Positions 32,149 to 42,822 of a stretch of DNA of 64,000 nucleotides are shown here, in pieces. Numbering within the stretch: the first letter of the stretch is position 1; every line of letters starts with the position of its first letter. Location: the NCBI RefSeq assembly GCF_044324785.1, contig NZ_CP172127.1; one strand, given 5' to 3'. The notes under the pieces were generated by a model. That model saw nothing but the letters and a program-made list of their open reading frames with translations, searched no databases and was not told the DNA's origin. Source of the stretch: Escherichia coli. GTDB lineage: Bacteria > Pseudomonadota > Gammaproteobacteria > Enterobacterales > Enterobacteriaceae. The position numbers were made by a program, and so were the translations under genes.

Positions 32149-33492
32149 TTAAAGCAAACCACAGCGACGTTTACTGCGTTCTTCCGCTTCCTGATAAAGC
32201 TGGAACTCATCCAAAACCGGGCAGCCCAACGCCTGCTCAAATGCTTCGCGACTGGCATTACCGTGACTGCGTGCCTGCGTTTCATTACCCAGATTTGACT
32301 GGAAGATCCCCGCCGCGCTAACAGGCAAGAAATCTTCATAGGTAATGGGTTGCGCCACTACCCAACCACGTTCAATTAAGGGCTGTGGATCGTCTCCGGG
32401 ATGAATCGCCTGACGATGCGCCTCACCTGAAGGCGTCAGACGGTACCGGAACCATGCCAACCCTTGCTGACGCATTAAAAACTCACTGTCAGGAAAAGTG
32501 CGGAAGGTTTCCTGTAAATGCATTTGGTGAGTGAGATTATCCTGCCCGGTTCCAGCGTTCCGCAGTAGATCATCATACAGTTGTCGCCCTTTCGGCGTTA
32601 ATGCCACGCCACGCTGCTCTATTTCACCAAAGCGCGCGGTATGCGTGCCCTGTTTCTGCCCTACAAACAACACCGTCTCTTCCAGTGCTTTAAAGCTAGT
32701 CTGGCGTAGTAAAATCGGTACCTCGCGGCGCGGCGGCCCTTCGATCAGAATTTTTGGTTCAATTCCGCATTCAGGCATCATCGACTGCACCCGGTCAATA
32801 TCCAGCGTGCGTGGCGTCAGGTGGTTGATATGGCATCCAGGAAAACAGACCACATCAGCAATCAGACGATGTTCGTTATGCAAGGCGCGATAGGTTACTT
32901 CATCCACCGTTGCTGACTGGTGCCAGCGAAACGTTTCCAGAGCTTCCTGCACAAACTCCTGTGCCTGTGTTTCGTTAAAACCGCCCTGCTGCTCATATTC
33001 CTCTAACAGTTGTCGACAACATGGGGTGAAGATATCGCGCTGACGCAGAATCTCCGCCGCTTTCTGGCGCAAAATTTCGTTCTCGATAAGCTCAAGGCGG
33101 AGTAATGAAGTAAAAACGCGGAAGGGATTACGCGCCAGAGAAGCATCATCAATGGGCCGAAATGCTGTCGAATGTACCGGCACCCCCGCCTGCGAGAGAT
33201 CGTAATAGCTCACCGGGTACATCCCCATAATGGCAAACATCCGCCGAAGAGTAGCAAGCTCTTGTGCAGTCCCAACACGAATCGCCCCATGACGTTCAAC
33301 ATTCAGTCGCGCCAGCTCGTCTGCATTTACCATTTTTTCGTGCAGTTGAGGATTGTTTTCCAGCACAGCCAGATTCACATCAGCTACCAGTTCCAGCAGC
33401 GTACCGTACTGCGGAACTTCTTGCTGGTACATGGCTGACATTGCCTGCGAAAACTGTTCCCGAATCTCATCCGCCGTGATGCTGTTCGCCAT
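32149..33492 (-). CDS. ydcJ: DUF1338-family protein
   Basis: 447-aa ORF; synteny with opgD and ydcI. Confidence 0.85.
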   Translation of the reverse strand: MANSITADEIREQFSQAMSAMYQQEVPQYGTLLELVADVNLAVLENNPQLHEKMVNADELARLNVERHGAIRVGTAQELATLRRMFAIMGMYPVSYYDLSQAGVPVHSTAFRPIDDASLARNPFRVFTSLLRLELIENEILRQKAAEILRQRDIFTPCCRQLLEEYEQQGGFNETQAQEFVQEALETFRWHQSATVDEVTYRALHNEHRLIADVVCFPGCHINHLTPRTLDIDRVQSMMPECGIEPKILIEGPPRREVPILLRQTSFKALEETVLFVGQKQGTHTARFGEIEQRGVALTPKGRQLYDDLLRNAGTGQDNLTHQMHLQETFRTFPDSEFLMRQQGLAWFRYRLTPSGEAHRQAIHPGDDPQPLIERGWVVAQPITYEDFLPVSAAGIFQSNLGNETQARSHGNASREAFEQALGCPVLDEFQLYQEAEERSKRRCGLL

Positions 33493-33708
33493 AGTGTCTG
33501 CCTCCAGTGGTCAGTAATCTGGAGTGTAGGTAACCGCATTCACTCTGGCGGGAAGAATTTACAAACTGTGATCTCGCCGCGAAAACATCAATATTATCCA
33601 TTTTGCTGTAACATAATTGCTTTAATTGTTAATAATATTTTGCAATCAAGTTATCATAATCAAACAACTTCACTTGTCAGCGACACCGCTTCGTTTTTAA
33701 CATCGCTT

Positions 33709-34632
33709 ATGGAAAAAAATAGTCTGTTTAGTCAGCGCATCCGTTTGCGCCACCTTCATACATTCGTAGCTGTCGCACAACAAGGAACTTTGGGGCGCGC
33801 GGCTGAAACCCTTAATTTGAGTCAACCTGCGCTCTCTAAGACATTGAATGAACTGGAGCAGCTGACGGGCGCTCGCTTGTTTGAGCGTGGTCGTCAGGGG
33901 GCGCAACTTACCTTACCCGGCGAACAATTTTTAACGCATGCAGTCAGAGTTCTTGACGCCATCAACACTGCCGGACAGTCGCTTCATCGTAAAGAAGGTC
34001 TTAATAATGATGTCGTCAGGGTTGGTGCACTACCTACTGCGGCACTGGGGATATTACCTTCGGTTATAGGTCAGTTTCATCAGCAACAAAAAGAGACGAC
34101 CTTGCAAGTTGCGACAATGAGTAACCCTATGATTCTTGCGGGTTTAAAAACCGGGGAAATCGATATCGGCATTGGTCGGATGTCAGATCCTGAACTGATG
34201 ACCGGACTTAATTACGAACTGCTGTTTCTTGAATCGCTGAAGCTGGTTGTCCGCCCTAATCACCCGCTACTTCAGGAGAACGTAACGCTAAGCCGGGTGC
34301 TGGAATGGCCGGTCGTTGTATCACCAGAAGGCACTGCGCCACGCCAGCATTCAGATGCATTAGTGCAGAGCCAGGGCTGTAAAATTCCTTCGGGTTGTAT
34401 CGAAACGCTGTCTGCTTCGCTATCTCGTCAACTTACGGTTGAATACGACTACGTGTGGTTTGTCCCTTCTGGCGCGGTAAAAGACGACCTGCGTCATGCC
34501 ACGCTGGTGGCCCTGCCTGTTCCGGGTCATGGTGCAGGCGAACCGATTGGAATACTGACCCGCGTAGATGCGACGTTCTCTTCTGGTTGCCAGTTGATGA
34601 TTAACGCTATTCGAAAATCAATGCCGTTCTGA
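33709..34632 (+). CDS. ydcI: LysR-family transcriptional regulator
   Basis: Internal start MEKNSLFSQRIRLRHLHTFVAVAQQG… gives 307 aa with a LysR HTH. The ORF-track start at 33568 is an extension. Confidence 0.85.
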   Translation: MEKNSLFSQRIRLRHLHTFVAVAQQGTLGRAAETLNLSQPALSKTLNELEQLTGARLFERGRQGAQLTLPGEQFLTHAVRVLDAINTAGQSLHRKEGLNNDVVRVGALPTAALGILPSVIGQFHQQQKETTLQVATMSNPMILAGLKTGEIDIGIGRMSDPELMTGLNYELLFLESLKLVVRPNHPLLQENVTLSRVLEWPVVVSPEGTAPRQHSDALVQSQGCKIPSGCIETLSASLSRQLTVEYDYVWFVPSGAVKDDLRHATLVALPVPGHGAGEPIGILTRVDATFSSGCQLMINAIRKSMPF

Positions 34633-34637
34633 AAGGT

Positions 34638-34662
34638 GAAGGGATCTGTCGATCCCTCCTTT
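34638..34662 (+). terminator. Hairpin between convergent ydcI and trg
   Basis: AGGGATC-tgtc-GATCCCT inverted repeat followed by T-rich sequence. Confidence 0.45.
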
Positions 34663-34669
34663 AACATTT

Positions 34670-36310
34670 TCACACCGTAGCGAAACTAACTGGTTCACCA
34701 GCTCCGCGAGGTTCTGCCGACACAGAATGTTTGTTCAGACGGAATACGTCCACCGCCTCAGTTAATCGTGCCGCCTGTTCTTCAAGGGACACCGCCGCCG
34801 CTGAGGCCTCTTCTACCAGAGAAGCATTCTGTTGCGTCACCTTATCCATTTCAGAAATCGCCTGGCTAACCTGTGTTATGCCTCTGCTTTGTTCATCCGA
34901 GGCGGCGGCGATTTCCTGCATGATATGTGTGACACTCGCGACGGCATCAACAATAGTGCTCATGGTTTTCCCTGCCGTTGCCACCTCATCCGACCCCAGG
35001 TCAATTAACCTGACTGATTCACTGATCAAGCCTTCAATCTCTTTCGACGCCTGAGCGCTGCGGCTTGCGAGTGTCCGTACTTCGCTGGCGACAACGGCAA
35101 ATCCACGCCCTTGCTCACCCGCTCGCGCGGCTTCAACGGCAGCATTCAGTGCCAGAATATTCGTCTGGAAAGCAATACTGTTGATGACGGCGGTGATCTC
35201 AGAAATTTTCTTCGAACTCGTGGAGATAGCGCCCATCGTTTTTACTACACCGGAAACCGTCTGCCCGCCATCGCTGGCTTTAATAGAAGCCTCCTGCGCC
35301 AGTTTGCTGGCATAATGCGCGTTATCCGCATTCTGTTTCACCGTCGCAGTGAGTTGCTCCATGCTGGCGGCAGTTTGTTCAATTGCCGCCGCTTGTTCTT
35401 CAGTGCGAGATGAAAGGTCCGCATTGCCAGCGGAAATTTCGCTGGTGCCACGATAAATCTCTTCCGCGCCCTGTCGAACGGTCCCTACTGTCATCCCCAG
35501 TGAATGCTGCATTTGCTGTAAATGACGACTTAAGCGACCGATTTCATTACGACCCGCCGGTTCATCATTCATCGTCAGATCGCCACTGGCGATTTTTTCA
35601 ATTCGTTGTGCGGCATGTTGCAGTGGACGAATGACAATCCGACGTAGCACTATAAATGTTATCAGCGTCATGACCAGGGCAAGCACAAACGCGCCAATCA
35701 TGAACATCCCACCCAGGCGGGTGCGCTGATGGGCCAGTTCCGCCAGTTGGTTGGCTCTGGTGCTACGTATCTTAACGGCTTTGCTCAAAATATCGGTATA
35801 AGCATTATCCAGCGGTCGGATCTGCTCACTTTCATGATTGATAATCGCTTCAAACATGCCATTTTTGGCATATTTCAACATCGGTTGCATACCCGTGATA
35901 TAAGCCTGGAAGCGTTGATTTAATTCAGTGTCGAGGGCTTCATCAGCAGGTGTTTTCACCGGCCGATTCTGATAAGCACGATACCCTTGCTGCGACTGTT
36001 TAATCTCCGATTCGGCTTGCGCAATATTTCGCTTCATTGCTTCCATTTCCGCAATACGACTCGCTGCCCCGGCCTGAATCATATTGATCCGGGCTGAACG
36101 CAAAAAATCTGAACTGTTCGCTAACCCGGTCCGAATCTCAATCTCCGCAGTAACATCCCGCTGATCGCGATCGGCCTGCCAAAGGAAATAGCCGGCCAGG
36201 GCTGAACTTAATGCGAATAGAACTAAGATACCGCCAAGAATGCAGGCAAATAACGGAACCAGCCTGATGTGATGCAAAAAACCTAATCGCTGTGAGGGAG
36301 TTGTAATCAT
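34670..36310 (-). CDS. trg: Methyl-accepting chemotaxis protein III (ribose/galactose sensor)
   Basis: 546-aa ORF with two TM segments, HAMP domain and conserved MCP signalling domain. Confidence 0.9.
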   Translation of the reverse strand: MITTPSQRLGFLHHIRLVPLFACILGGILVLFALSSALAGYFLWQADRDQRDVTAEIEIRTGLANSSDFLRSARINMIQAGAASRIAEMEAMKRNIAQAESEIKQSQQGYRAYQNRPVKTPADEALDTELNQRFQAYITGMQPMLKYAKNGMFEAIINHESEQIRPLDNAYTDILSKAVKIRSTRANQLAELAHQRTRLGGMFMIGAFVLALVMTLITFIVLRRIVIRPLQHAAQRIEKIASGDLTMNDEPAGRNEIGRLSRHLQQMQHSLGMTVGTVRQGAEEIYRGTSEISAGNADLSSRTEEQAAAIEQTAASMEQLTATVKQNADNAHYASKLAQEASIKASDGGQTVSGVVKTMGAISTSSKKISEITAVINSIAFQTNILALNAAVEAARAGEQGRGFAVVASEVRTLASRSAQASKEIEGLISESVRLIDLGSDEVATAGKTMSTIVDAVASVTHIMQEIAAASDEQSRGITQVSQAISEMDKVTQQNASLVEEASAAAVSLEEQAARLTEAVDVFRLNKHSVSAEPRGAGEPVSFATV

Positions 36311-36349
36311 TACCGTTGTCTCTCGTCCAGGTTTACTCCTGATAGAAAG

Positions 36350-36376
36350 TCATCGGCACTTGACGGTAATTACTTA
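36350..36376 (-). promoter_or_regulatory. Putative sigma-28 (FliA) promoter of trg
   Basis: On the minus strand, TAAG-N15-GCCGATGA matches the sigma-28 consensus TAAA-N15-GCCGATAA, about 40 to 65 nt upstream of the trg ATG. Confidence 0.5.
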
Positions 36377-36594
36377 TGACCAAAAACCTCTTTGCGTCAC
36401 ATTTTTACAACAATTATGGCAGAGAAGAATAATGCCATTGGAATGAAGAGAGTAACGAATGGCTAAACCGAATGACGAAAAATTCTGGAAAACAGCACGC
36501 AATTTCGTCAAGTGATTATTTTCGTCCCTAAGGAAACCTCATAGGATGCCTGCGGGTGCCTGAGACTTTCTGTTTTCAGGCTAACCGGGAATCA

Positions 36595-36641
36595 GAAAGA
36601 CGAAGGCCCCGACCGATATTTCTATCAACCGAGGCCAACGA

Positions 36642-36660
<19 letters not shown>
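36595..36660 (-). ncRNA. sokB: Possible SokB antisense RNA (type I antitoxin); position approximate
   Basis: Inferred only from the hok/sok paradigm: the antisense RNA should overlap the mokB translation start at 36642. Ends are not determinable by eye. Confidence 0.25.
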
Positions 36661-36849
<189 letters not shown>

Positions 36850-36920
36850 GGGCAAGCGCGGGGATTTTCCCCGCGCATCTGACTAGCAGATTCATTTTCT
36901 CATGGCACCCCTTTTACACT

Positions 36921-37094
36921 TCAGTTAGTGCATGTTTTTTTCGATGCACTAATAGAACCATCATTACAGACAAATTTGCCGCCTGCCGTACAGTGTGAGA
37001 TCCCCCCTTTCGAACCAGAACAGGGTTTGCGCCCGGCATCGGCATAAAAGGAAGCAAGCGCTCCCATAACCAAGATAAGTGCCAGTTTTTTCAT
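36921..37094 (-). CDS. ydcA: Small secreted protein YdcA, 57 aa
   Basis: Hand translation: MKKLALILVMGALASFYADAGRKPCSGSKGGISHCTAGGKFVCNDGSISASKKTCTN*; signal peptide; GGAGG SD upstream. Confidence 0.8.
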   Translation of the reverse strand: MKKLALILVMGALASFYADAGRKPCSGSKGGISHCTAGGKFVCNDGSISASKKTCTN

Positions 37095-37264
37095 ATAACC
37101 TCCATGGTTTATCGAATCTTATGTTCGATTTGAACGTTATACGCTGGTTTATTTTGATACCGTTGATGAGATCAAAGATCGGGTGAATTGATTAAAAATA
37201 AGCCAGATGGACGTATGGGCAAGGATTATGGTTTTATTTGTCATACAAATAAATATAATAGGCG

Positions 37265-37328
37265 CTTCCGATGTAGACCCGTATTCTTCGCCTGTACCAC
37301 GGGTCGGTTTTAGTACAGGCGTTTTCTT
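37265..37328 (+). ncRNA. rydC: RydC small regulatory RNA (Hfq-dependent)
   Basis: Sequence cttccgatgtagacccgtattcttcgcctgtaccacgggtcggttttagtacaggcgttttctt matches RydC as I remember it; ends in a hairpin plus U-tract; located between ydcA and cybB. Confidence 0.8.
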
Positions 37329-37338
37329 TAAATATCCT

Positions 37339-37869
37339 TCAGGAACGTTTACGCGGCATCATGCGTAGAAGTGTGTTGTCCTTCCAGAAATAGTGGTGTG
37401 CCAGTGCAGCCGCAGCGTGCAACCCGATGACAAAGTATCCCAGATTCGCCAGCGTTTCATGCCACGACTTTAAGCTATCAACCCGTTCGAAATTGGCCTC
37501 TGATGCATAAGGCATCGTCATACCAAACGCAAACCACGGGTTACCCCGGTTATACATCATCACCAAACCAATCACTGGCAGCGCAATAAACAGGAGATAG
37601 ATCACCAAATGTCCCAAATGCGCCAGTCCCGTCATCATCGGTTTTGGCTTAGGTATAATCGGCGGGGTTGGGTATTTCAGCCTTAACAAAAGACGAACCA
37701 CCATCAGCACGAGAATTGTGATGCCACAGGAAACATGAATCATGTTGATGAGCGGCCGATCGCTACGTGGGAAGAAACCACGAAACTCCATTGCGCAATA
37801 CGCTGCGATAACCAGCAAAAAGACCAGCCAGTGAATGCTGATTTGTAACCTTGAGTATTTATTTTCCAT
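37339..37869 (-). CDS. cybB: Cytochrome b561
   Basis: Internal start MENKYSRLQISIHWLVFLLV… gives 176 aa with four TM helices. The 12-codon extension in the track ORF is judged spurious. Confidence 0.9.
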   Translation of the reverse strand: MENKYSRLQISIHWLVFLLVIAAYCAMEFRGFFPRSDRPLINMIHVSCGITILVLMVVRLLLRLKYPTPPIIPKPKPMMTGLAHLGHLVIYLLFIALPVIGLVMMYNRGNPWFAFGMTMPYASEANFERVDSLKSWHETLANLGYFVIGLHAAAALAHHYFWKDNTLLRMMPRKRS

Positions 37870-38057
37870 AACATTTCCTGCTTTAAAACAATTTGCCGTT
37901 AACATAACGAGCTTTTCTTAAAATTTCATTAAATATTGTTCACCCGTTTTCAGTACGTTACGTTTCACGGCAAGAATGTAGATTGCCCATCCCGCCATCC
38001 TGGTCTAAGCCTGGAAAGGATCAATTTTCATCCGAACGTTCCTGACAGGAGAAGACC

Positions 38058-39059
38058 ATGAGTAAAGTTGGTATTAACGGTTTTGGTCGTATCGGTCGAC
38101 TGGTGTTGCGTCGATTACTTGAAGTCAAAAGCAACATAGACATTGTTGCTATTAATGATCTCACTTCCCCAAAAATTCTCGCCTACCTGTTGAAACATGA
38201 TTCAAACTACGGACCGTTCCCCTGGAGCGTTGATTTTACGGAAGATTCACTTATCGTTGATGGAAAAAGCATCGCGGTTTACGCCGAAAAAGAGGCTAAA
38301 AATATTCCATGGAAAGCGAAAGGCGCAGAAATCATTGTCGAATGTACTGGCTTTTATACCTCCGCCGAGAAATCGCAGGCGCACCTTGATGCTGGTGCGA
38401 AGAAGGTGTTGATTTCCGCCCCTGCCGGTGAAATGAAAACCATCGTTTATAACGTCAATGACGACACACTGGATGGCAACGACACCATTGTTTCCGTGGC
38501 GTCATGCACCACTAACTGCCTTGCGCCGATGGCCAAAGCCTTGCACGACAGTTTCGGAATAGAAGTCGGCACGATGACGACCATTCATGCCTATACCGGC
38601 ACTCAGTCACTGGTGGATGGTCCGCGAGGTAAAGATCTACGCGCTTCACGTGCAGCGGCAGAAAATATCATTCCCCACACTACAGGTGCGGCAAAAGCCA
38701 TTGGTCTGGTGATCCCGGAACTGAGCGGCAAACTGAAAGGTCATGCGCAACGCGTGCCGGTGAAAACAGGTTCGGTCACTGAGCTGGTATCGATTCTCGG
38801 AAAAAAAGTGACTGCCGAAGAGGTGAATAACGCACTTAAACAAGCAACCACCAATAACGAGTCATTTGGTTATACCGATGAAGAAATAGTCTCTTCCGAT
38901 ATCATTGGCAGCCATTTCGGTTCGGTGTTTGATGCCACGCAAACGGAAATTACCGCCGTGGGCGATTTACAACTGGTGAAAACGGTCGCCTGGTACGATA
39001 ACGAATATGGCTTCGTCACGCAGCTTATTCGCACCCTCGAAAAATTCGCTAAACTCTGA
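38058..39059 (+). CDS. gapC: Glyceraldehyde-3-phosphate dehydrogenase, full length
   Basis: 333-aa uninterrupted ORF with NAD-binding GFGRIGR and the active-site Cys motif [10 protein letters not shown]. Confidence 0.9.
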   Translation: MSKVGINGFGRIGRLVLRRLLEVKSNIDIVAINDLTSPKILAYLLKHDSNYGPFPWSVDFTEDSLIVDGKSIAVYAEKEAKNIPWKAKGAEIIVECTGFYTSAEKSQAHLDAGAKKVLISAPAGEMKTIVYNVNDDTLDGNDTIVSVASCTTNCLAPMAKALHDSFGIEVGTMTTIHAYTGTQSLVDGPRGKDLRASRAAAENIIPHTTGAAKAIGLVIPELSGKLKGHAQRVPVKTGSVTELVSILGKKVTAEEVNNALKQATTNNESFGYTDEEIVSSDIIGSHFGSVFDATQTEITAVGDLQLVKTVAWYDNEYGFVTQLIRTLEKFAKL

Positions 39060-39066
39060 CGCGCAC

Positions 39067-39095
39067 AGGCGGAGGAAAAAACCTCCGCCTCTTTC
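39067..39095 (+). terminator. Hairpin terminator between convergent gapC and aldA
   Basis: AGGCGGAGG-aaaaaa-CCTCCGCCT, a perfect 9-bp stem, followed by ctttc. Confidence 0.45.
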
Positions 39096-39100
39096 ACTCA

Positions 39101-40540
39101 TTAAGACTGTAAATAAACCACCTGGGTCTGCAGATATTCATGCAGGCCATGTTTACCATCTGCGCCGCCAATACCAGATTTACGCCATCCGGCGTGGAAG
39201 CCTTGCATAGCTTCGAAGTTTTCACGGTTGATGTAAGTTTCACCAAACTTCAGCCCTTTAATGGCTTTCATCGCGACGTTCAGATTTTGGGTATAGATTG
39301 ATGAGGTCAGGCCGTAATCACTGTCATTAGCCATTGCGATAGCGTCTTCCAGCGTGTCAAATGCGACCACTGGCAGCACCGGGCCAAAGGTTTCCTCGTG
39401 CATAATCGACATTTCCTGGCGAACATCCAGTAGCAATGTCGGCGGATAATAATATCCTTTCCCCTCTACCGCTTTGCCACCCAACGCCACTCTCGCCCCT
39501 TCTTCTACTGCGCGCGCCACTTTTTGCTCGACCCTTTCCAGCGCCGCGGCGTTAATCAACGGCCCCATCGCAATGTCGTTGCGTTCAGCGGGGTTACCAA
39601 ATTGAACCGCCTGCATCGCTTCACCCAGCCGATTGACGAACTGATCATAAATGCCTTTCTGTACATAAACACGTTCTGCACAGTTACACACTTGCCCACT
39701 ATTAATGACGCGTGAATCAACGATGGCTTTGACTGCCAGTTCAAGATCGGCATCGTCCATTACGATAGCTGGTGCTTTACCACCCAATTCCAGACACACT
39801 TTGGTGATGTTTTTCGCCGCAGTCGCCATGATCTTTTCACCTGCAGAGACGCTGCCTGTCATACTGACCATTGCGACCTTTGGGTTACCCGCCAGTTCTT
39901 GCCCAACGGTTTCACCACGCCCCAGAACAAGGTTAAACACGCCGCGCGGAAGGCCTATTTCATCGACGATTTTGGCGAATGCAATCGCATTGTTTGGCGT
40001 AAATTCACTGGGTTTAATGACAATGGTATTACCAGTCAAAAGAGCGGGAGCCATTTTGCGGGCAATGAGGAAGAACGGGAAGTTCCACGGCAGAATGCCG
40101 GTAGTCACACCAAGCGCACGTTTAAACAGAAGAATATTTTCTCCTGGACGATCGCTTTGAATAATCTCGCCCTCGTAACGCCGTGCCCACTCCGCCATGT
40201 AATCGATATAGTCCGCAGTAAAAGCCACTTCGACTTCAGCCAGCTGCTGGATCTTGCCCCCTTCTTCAACAATCAGCGCACTGATTTCACTGGCGCGTTC
40301 GCGGATCCCGGCGGAGATTTTGCGCAACCAACTGGCGCGTTCAATGGCAGGCAACGCTTCCCATTCTGGTTGTGCACGTTCTGCTGCATCGATTGCCTTA
40401 CGGGCATCCTCGGCCTGACCATCGGGAATGCGGGAAATGACAGCCTCAGTAGCAGGGTTTACCACATCAATCCATGCGTCTCCACGCCAGGTAACAAACT
40501 GTCCATCGATATACATAGGATGTTGAACGGGTACTGACAT
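39101..40540 (-). CDS. aldA: Lactaldehyde / aldehyde dehydrogenase A
   Basis: 479-aa ORF MSVPVQHPMYIDGQFV… with ALDH motifs. Confidence 0.9.
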   Translation of the reverse strand: MSVPVQHPMYIDGQFVTWRGDAWIDVVNPATEAVISRIPDGQAEDARKAIDAAERAQPEWEALPAIERASWLRKISAGIRERASEISALIVEEGGKIQQLAEVEVAFTADYIDYMAEWARRYEGEIIQSDRPGENILLFKRALGVTTGILPWNFPFFLIARKMAPALLTGNTIVIKPSEFTPNNAIAFAKIVDEIGLPRGVFNLVLGRGETVGQELAGNPKVAMVSMTGSVSAGEKIMATAAKNITKVCLELGGKAPAIVMDDADLELAVKAIVDSRVINSGQVCNCAERVYVQKGIYDQFVNRLGEAMQAVQFGNPAERNDIAMGPLINAAALERVEQKVARAVEEGARVALGGKAVEGKGYYYPPTLLLDVRQEMSIMHEETFGPVLPVVAFDTLEDAIAMANDSDYGLTSSIYTQNLNVAMKAIKGLKFGETYINRENFEAMQGFHAGWRKSGIGGADGKHGLHEYLQTQVVYLQS

Positions 40541-40736
40541 TGGCGACTCCTGTGATTTATATGTTTGTTTTTGGTAAATGCATTGTTAATTAACATCAAT
40601 CATCATAGAGACGGCATCGTGAAAGGACAATTCTGTGAAGGGCTTCATAAAAACAAGTGTAAAAGGAATAAAAGGCAGAAATAAACGTCAGGAGTCATGC
40701 CCGTTTGCAAACAAATGGTTAACAAACGGGCAATTT

Positions 40737-41537
40737 TTAACGTAACGAGCGACTTTCCATCGCCTCGATGAGCACCGCATCGTGTTTCAGCGTTTGCCAT
40801 GCCTGGATGACTTCTGCCGGAAAATCAACGTGAACGATAAAATCTCGCCCGCGTGGACCGTAGCCATCGCTATCATCGCGTAAACGTGGCAGCTCGCCAG
40901 TGAGTAGTGAGAGATAACGCTCAACCGGCCATAATCCTTGCAACGGATTAACAAAGATTACACTGTCTGCGTTGTTTCCTAGCTGAGGAACGAATCCGGG
41001 ATAACTTAACCAGCGAGGTGCATCGGGATTGTCCCCAGTCATACGGCGGAACGTCGCCATCGTGCGCCGCTGCATGGTGGGGTCCTGAACAACGATAGCC
41101 GTATGAACTCGTTCTACGGCCTGATTCAATAGCGCGATGCTAAAGCGTGCGTTTTCACCGCAGTTTGTTGACTGGTCTTCAATCCAGATTTTTTCATGCG
41201 GAATGTGCCAGAACTGATGAGCGATATCCGCCAGGATGGTCGCTTCTGCTCTGCCAGTGGTGCGAATAGTGTTGTAGTGCGGATGCTGTGCGATGGCACT
41301 ATACAAAAAAGTTGTCGAGTGACCGATACCACCACTAATCAGTAGAGGAATTTGCTGATCGCGGGCAATCTTGCATGCCGCATCGATAGTTGGCATAACC
41401 GCATTGCCTGCAAGGATCACGCAATCGGCCTGATACGGCATCTCACCGGAGAAATCATCCTGCGCCAGCCACTGACCGATAACATTTATGGCATCTATGG
41501 TTGCCGGCGAAAGCGTCGGAAACGGGGTAATGTTCAT
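40737..41537 (-). CDS. ydcF: DUF218-domain protein
   Basis: 266-aa ORF; synteny next to aldA. Confidence 0.85.
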   Translation of the reverse strand: MNITPFPTLSPATIDAINVIGQWLAQDDFSGEMPYQADCVILAGNAVMPTIDAACKIARDQQIPLLISGGIGHSTTFLYSAIAQHPHYNTIRTTGRAEATILADIAHQFWHIPHEKIWIEDQSTNCGENARFSIALLNQAVERVHTAIVVQDPTMQRRTMATFRRMTGDNPDAPRWLSYPGFVPQLGNNADSVIFVNPLQGLWPVERYLSLLTGELPRLRDDSDGYGPRGRDFIVHVDFPAEVIQAWQTLKHDAVLIEAMESRSLR

Positions 41538-41926
41538 GGTTCCTCCTTATCGTTTCCTTAAGAATACTGCGTGAGATAATAATGAGAAGCGGAGCACTCT
41601 GAAAGGAAGATGATGCTTTTTCTATCGCGCCATCGCGAACCAGACACTGGTTTTAGTCATACTGTATTTGCGGAGAAACTGTTGATAAAACATCTATAAC
41701 ATAATGTTCTATCATTTTTAAGTGACAGATAAGTTGGTGTGATATTTATGAAATATTCATTCTTATATTTCTCAATCAATGAGAACATTTGCAACACGCT
41801 CATTAATGGGAAATCCTTAAATTTAAATTGAATAATATCTGGCCTGAGCTATAAACTACTATCCGTCTAAGGAGACAAATTGTCCTTTTTATTCATCAAC
41901 ATAATACTATATGTCGAGAAACATAC

Positions 41927-42421
41927 ATGAAAAAAATGTTTCAACTTTTAGAAACCGCCTGGCCTGCCGTAAAAACAACAGGACTTACAGGTTGCGTAAC
42001 CGCTCCGGAAACTGAAGATAACCTTCTTTTATTAGAGGATAAATACGCAACACATATTCCAAAAGACTATCGGCAGTTATTGTCTCATTTTGGCGCATGT
42101 CATTTTGCCGATCCTCAAATTTATACTTTGAAGGATCTGGACAGATATTACCCTCTATTTTTGCAACAATGGGAAGATTATAAAAAAGAATATCCATTAT
42201 TGAACAACATTGATCCTTTTCCTGTTGGCAGTTTTGGCGATGGGAGTGTAGCTTTTCTTGACCGCAACAGCCTAAAAATTTATATTCTCATTCATGATTT
42301 TGGTATATTTTCCGATGATGTCGGTGATTTCCCTTGTGAGTTATGCTTTGAAAATTTTGGTGAGTTAGTGGAAATGCAAGTTGAAATGATTCTTTATTTA
42401 CAGCAATGTGGAGTCTCATGA
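41927..42421 (+). CDS. SUKH / SMI1-KNR4-family protein (immunity-protein-like), 164 aa
   Basis: AT-rich ORF; motif blocks LLLEDKYATHIPKDYRQLLSHFGA and PFPVGSFGDGSVAFLD fit the SMI1/KNR4 pattern as I remember it. Not a gene I place at this position in K-12. Confidence 0.55.
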   Translation: MKKMFQLLETAWPAVKTTGLTGCVTAPETEDNLLLLEDKYATHIPKDYRQLLSHFGACHFADPQIYTLKDLDRYYPLFLQQWEDYKKEYPLLNNIDPFPVGSFGDGSVAFLDRNSLKIYILIHDFGIFSDDVGDFPCELCFENFGELVEMQVEMILYLQQCGVS

Positions 42422-42717
42422 AAAATAAAATCATCACTCCTGTCCTTACTGAAAACAAAGTGAATTTGATAGCAGAAAAATATTGTAAAAAGTATAATCT
42501 TAATGGCTCGCTGGCATACAAAATCACTGCTATTAAATTTCTTCCTGATGGTATGAAATCATACGACCTTGATATTCCATTATGGATGGTAGTCAGAGAT
42601 GTTAAAGGTTGGGATGATATGGAAATTACGATTTTTATTTCTGACAAAAACAGTGAAGTTCTTTGTTGCAGTAATATTTGGTATCCAGTATATCGTCCTC
42701 ATCAAGCAGATTTGTAA
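42418..42717 (+). CDS. Hypothetical protein, 99 aa, translationally coupled to the upstream SUKH gene
   Basis: ATG at 42418 overlaps the upstream TGA (ATGA); GGAG lies 5 to 8 nt upstream. The ORF track lists the same frame starting at 42406. No recognisable domain. Confidence 0.5.
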   Translation: MKNKIITPVLTENKVNLIAEKYCKKYNLNGSLAYKITAIKFLPDGMKSYDLDIPLWMVVRDVKGWDDMEITIFISDKNSEVLCCSNIWYPVYRPHQADL

Positions 42718-42763
42718 TAAGCACGTAAGGAGTATCTCCCTTGCTATTTTTCAGAATTCATAA

Positions 42764-42800
42764 AGAAAAAACCCGGCGCTAAATGCTTACCGGGTTTTAG
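42764..42800. terminator. Bidirectional terminator shared by hrpA and the inserted two-gene cassette
   Basis: aaaaaa-ACCCGG…CCGGGT-tttt hairpin immediately downstream of both convergent units. Confidence 0.5.
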
Positions 42801-42822
42801 ATTTATCAGTCAAATAGCAGGG

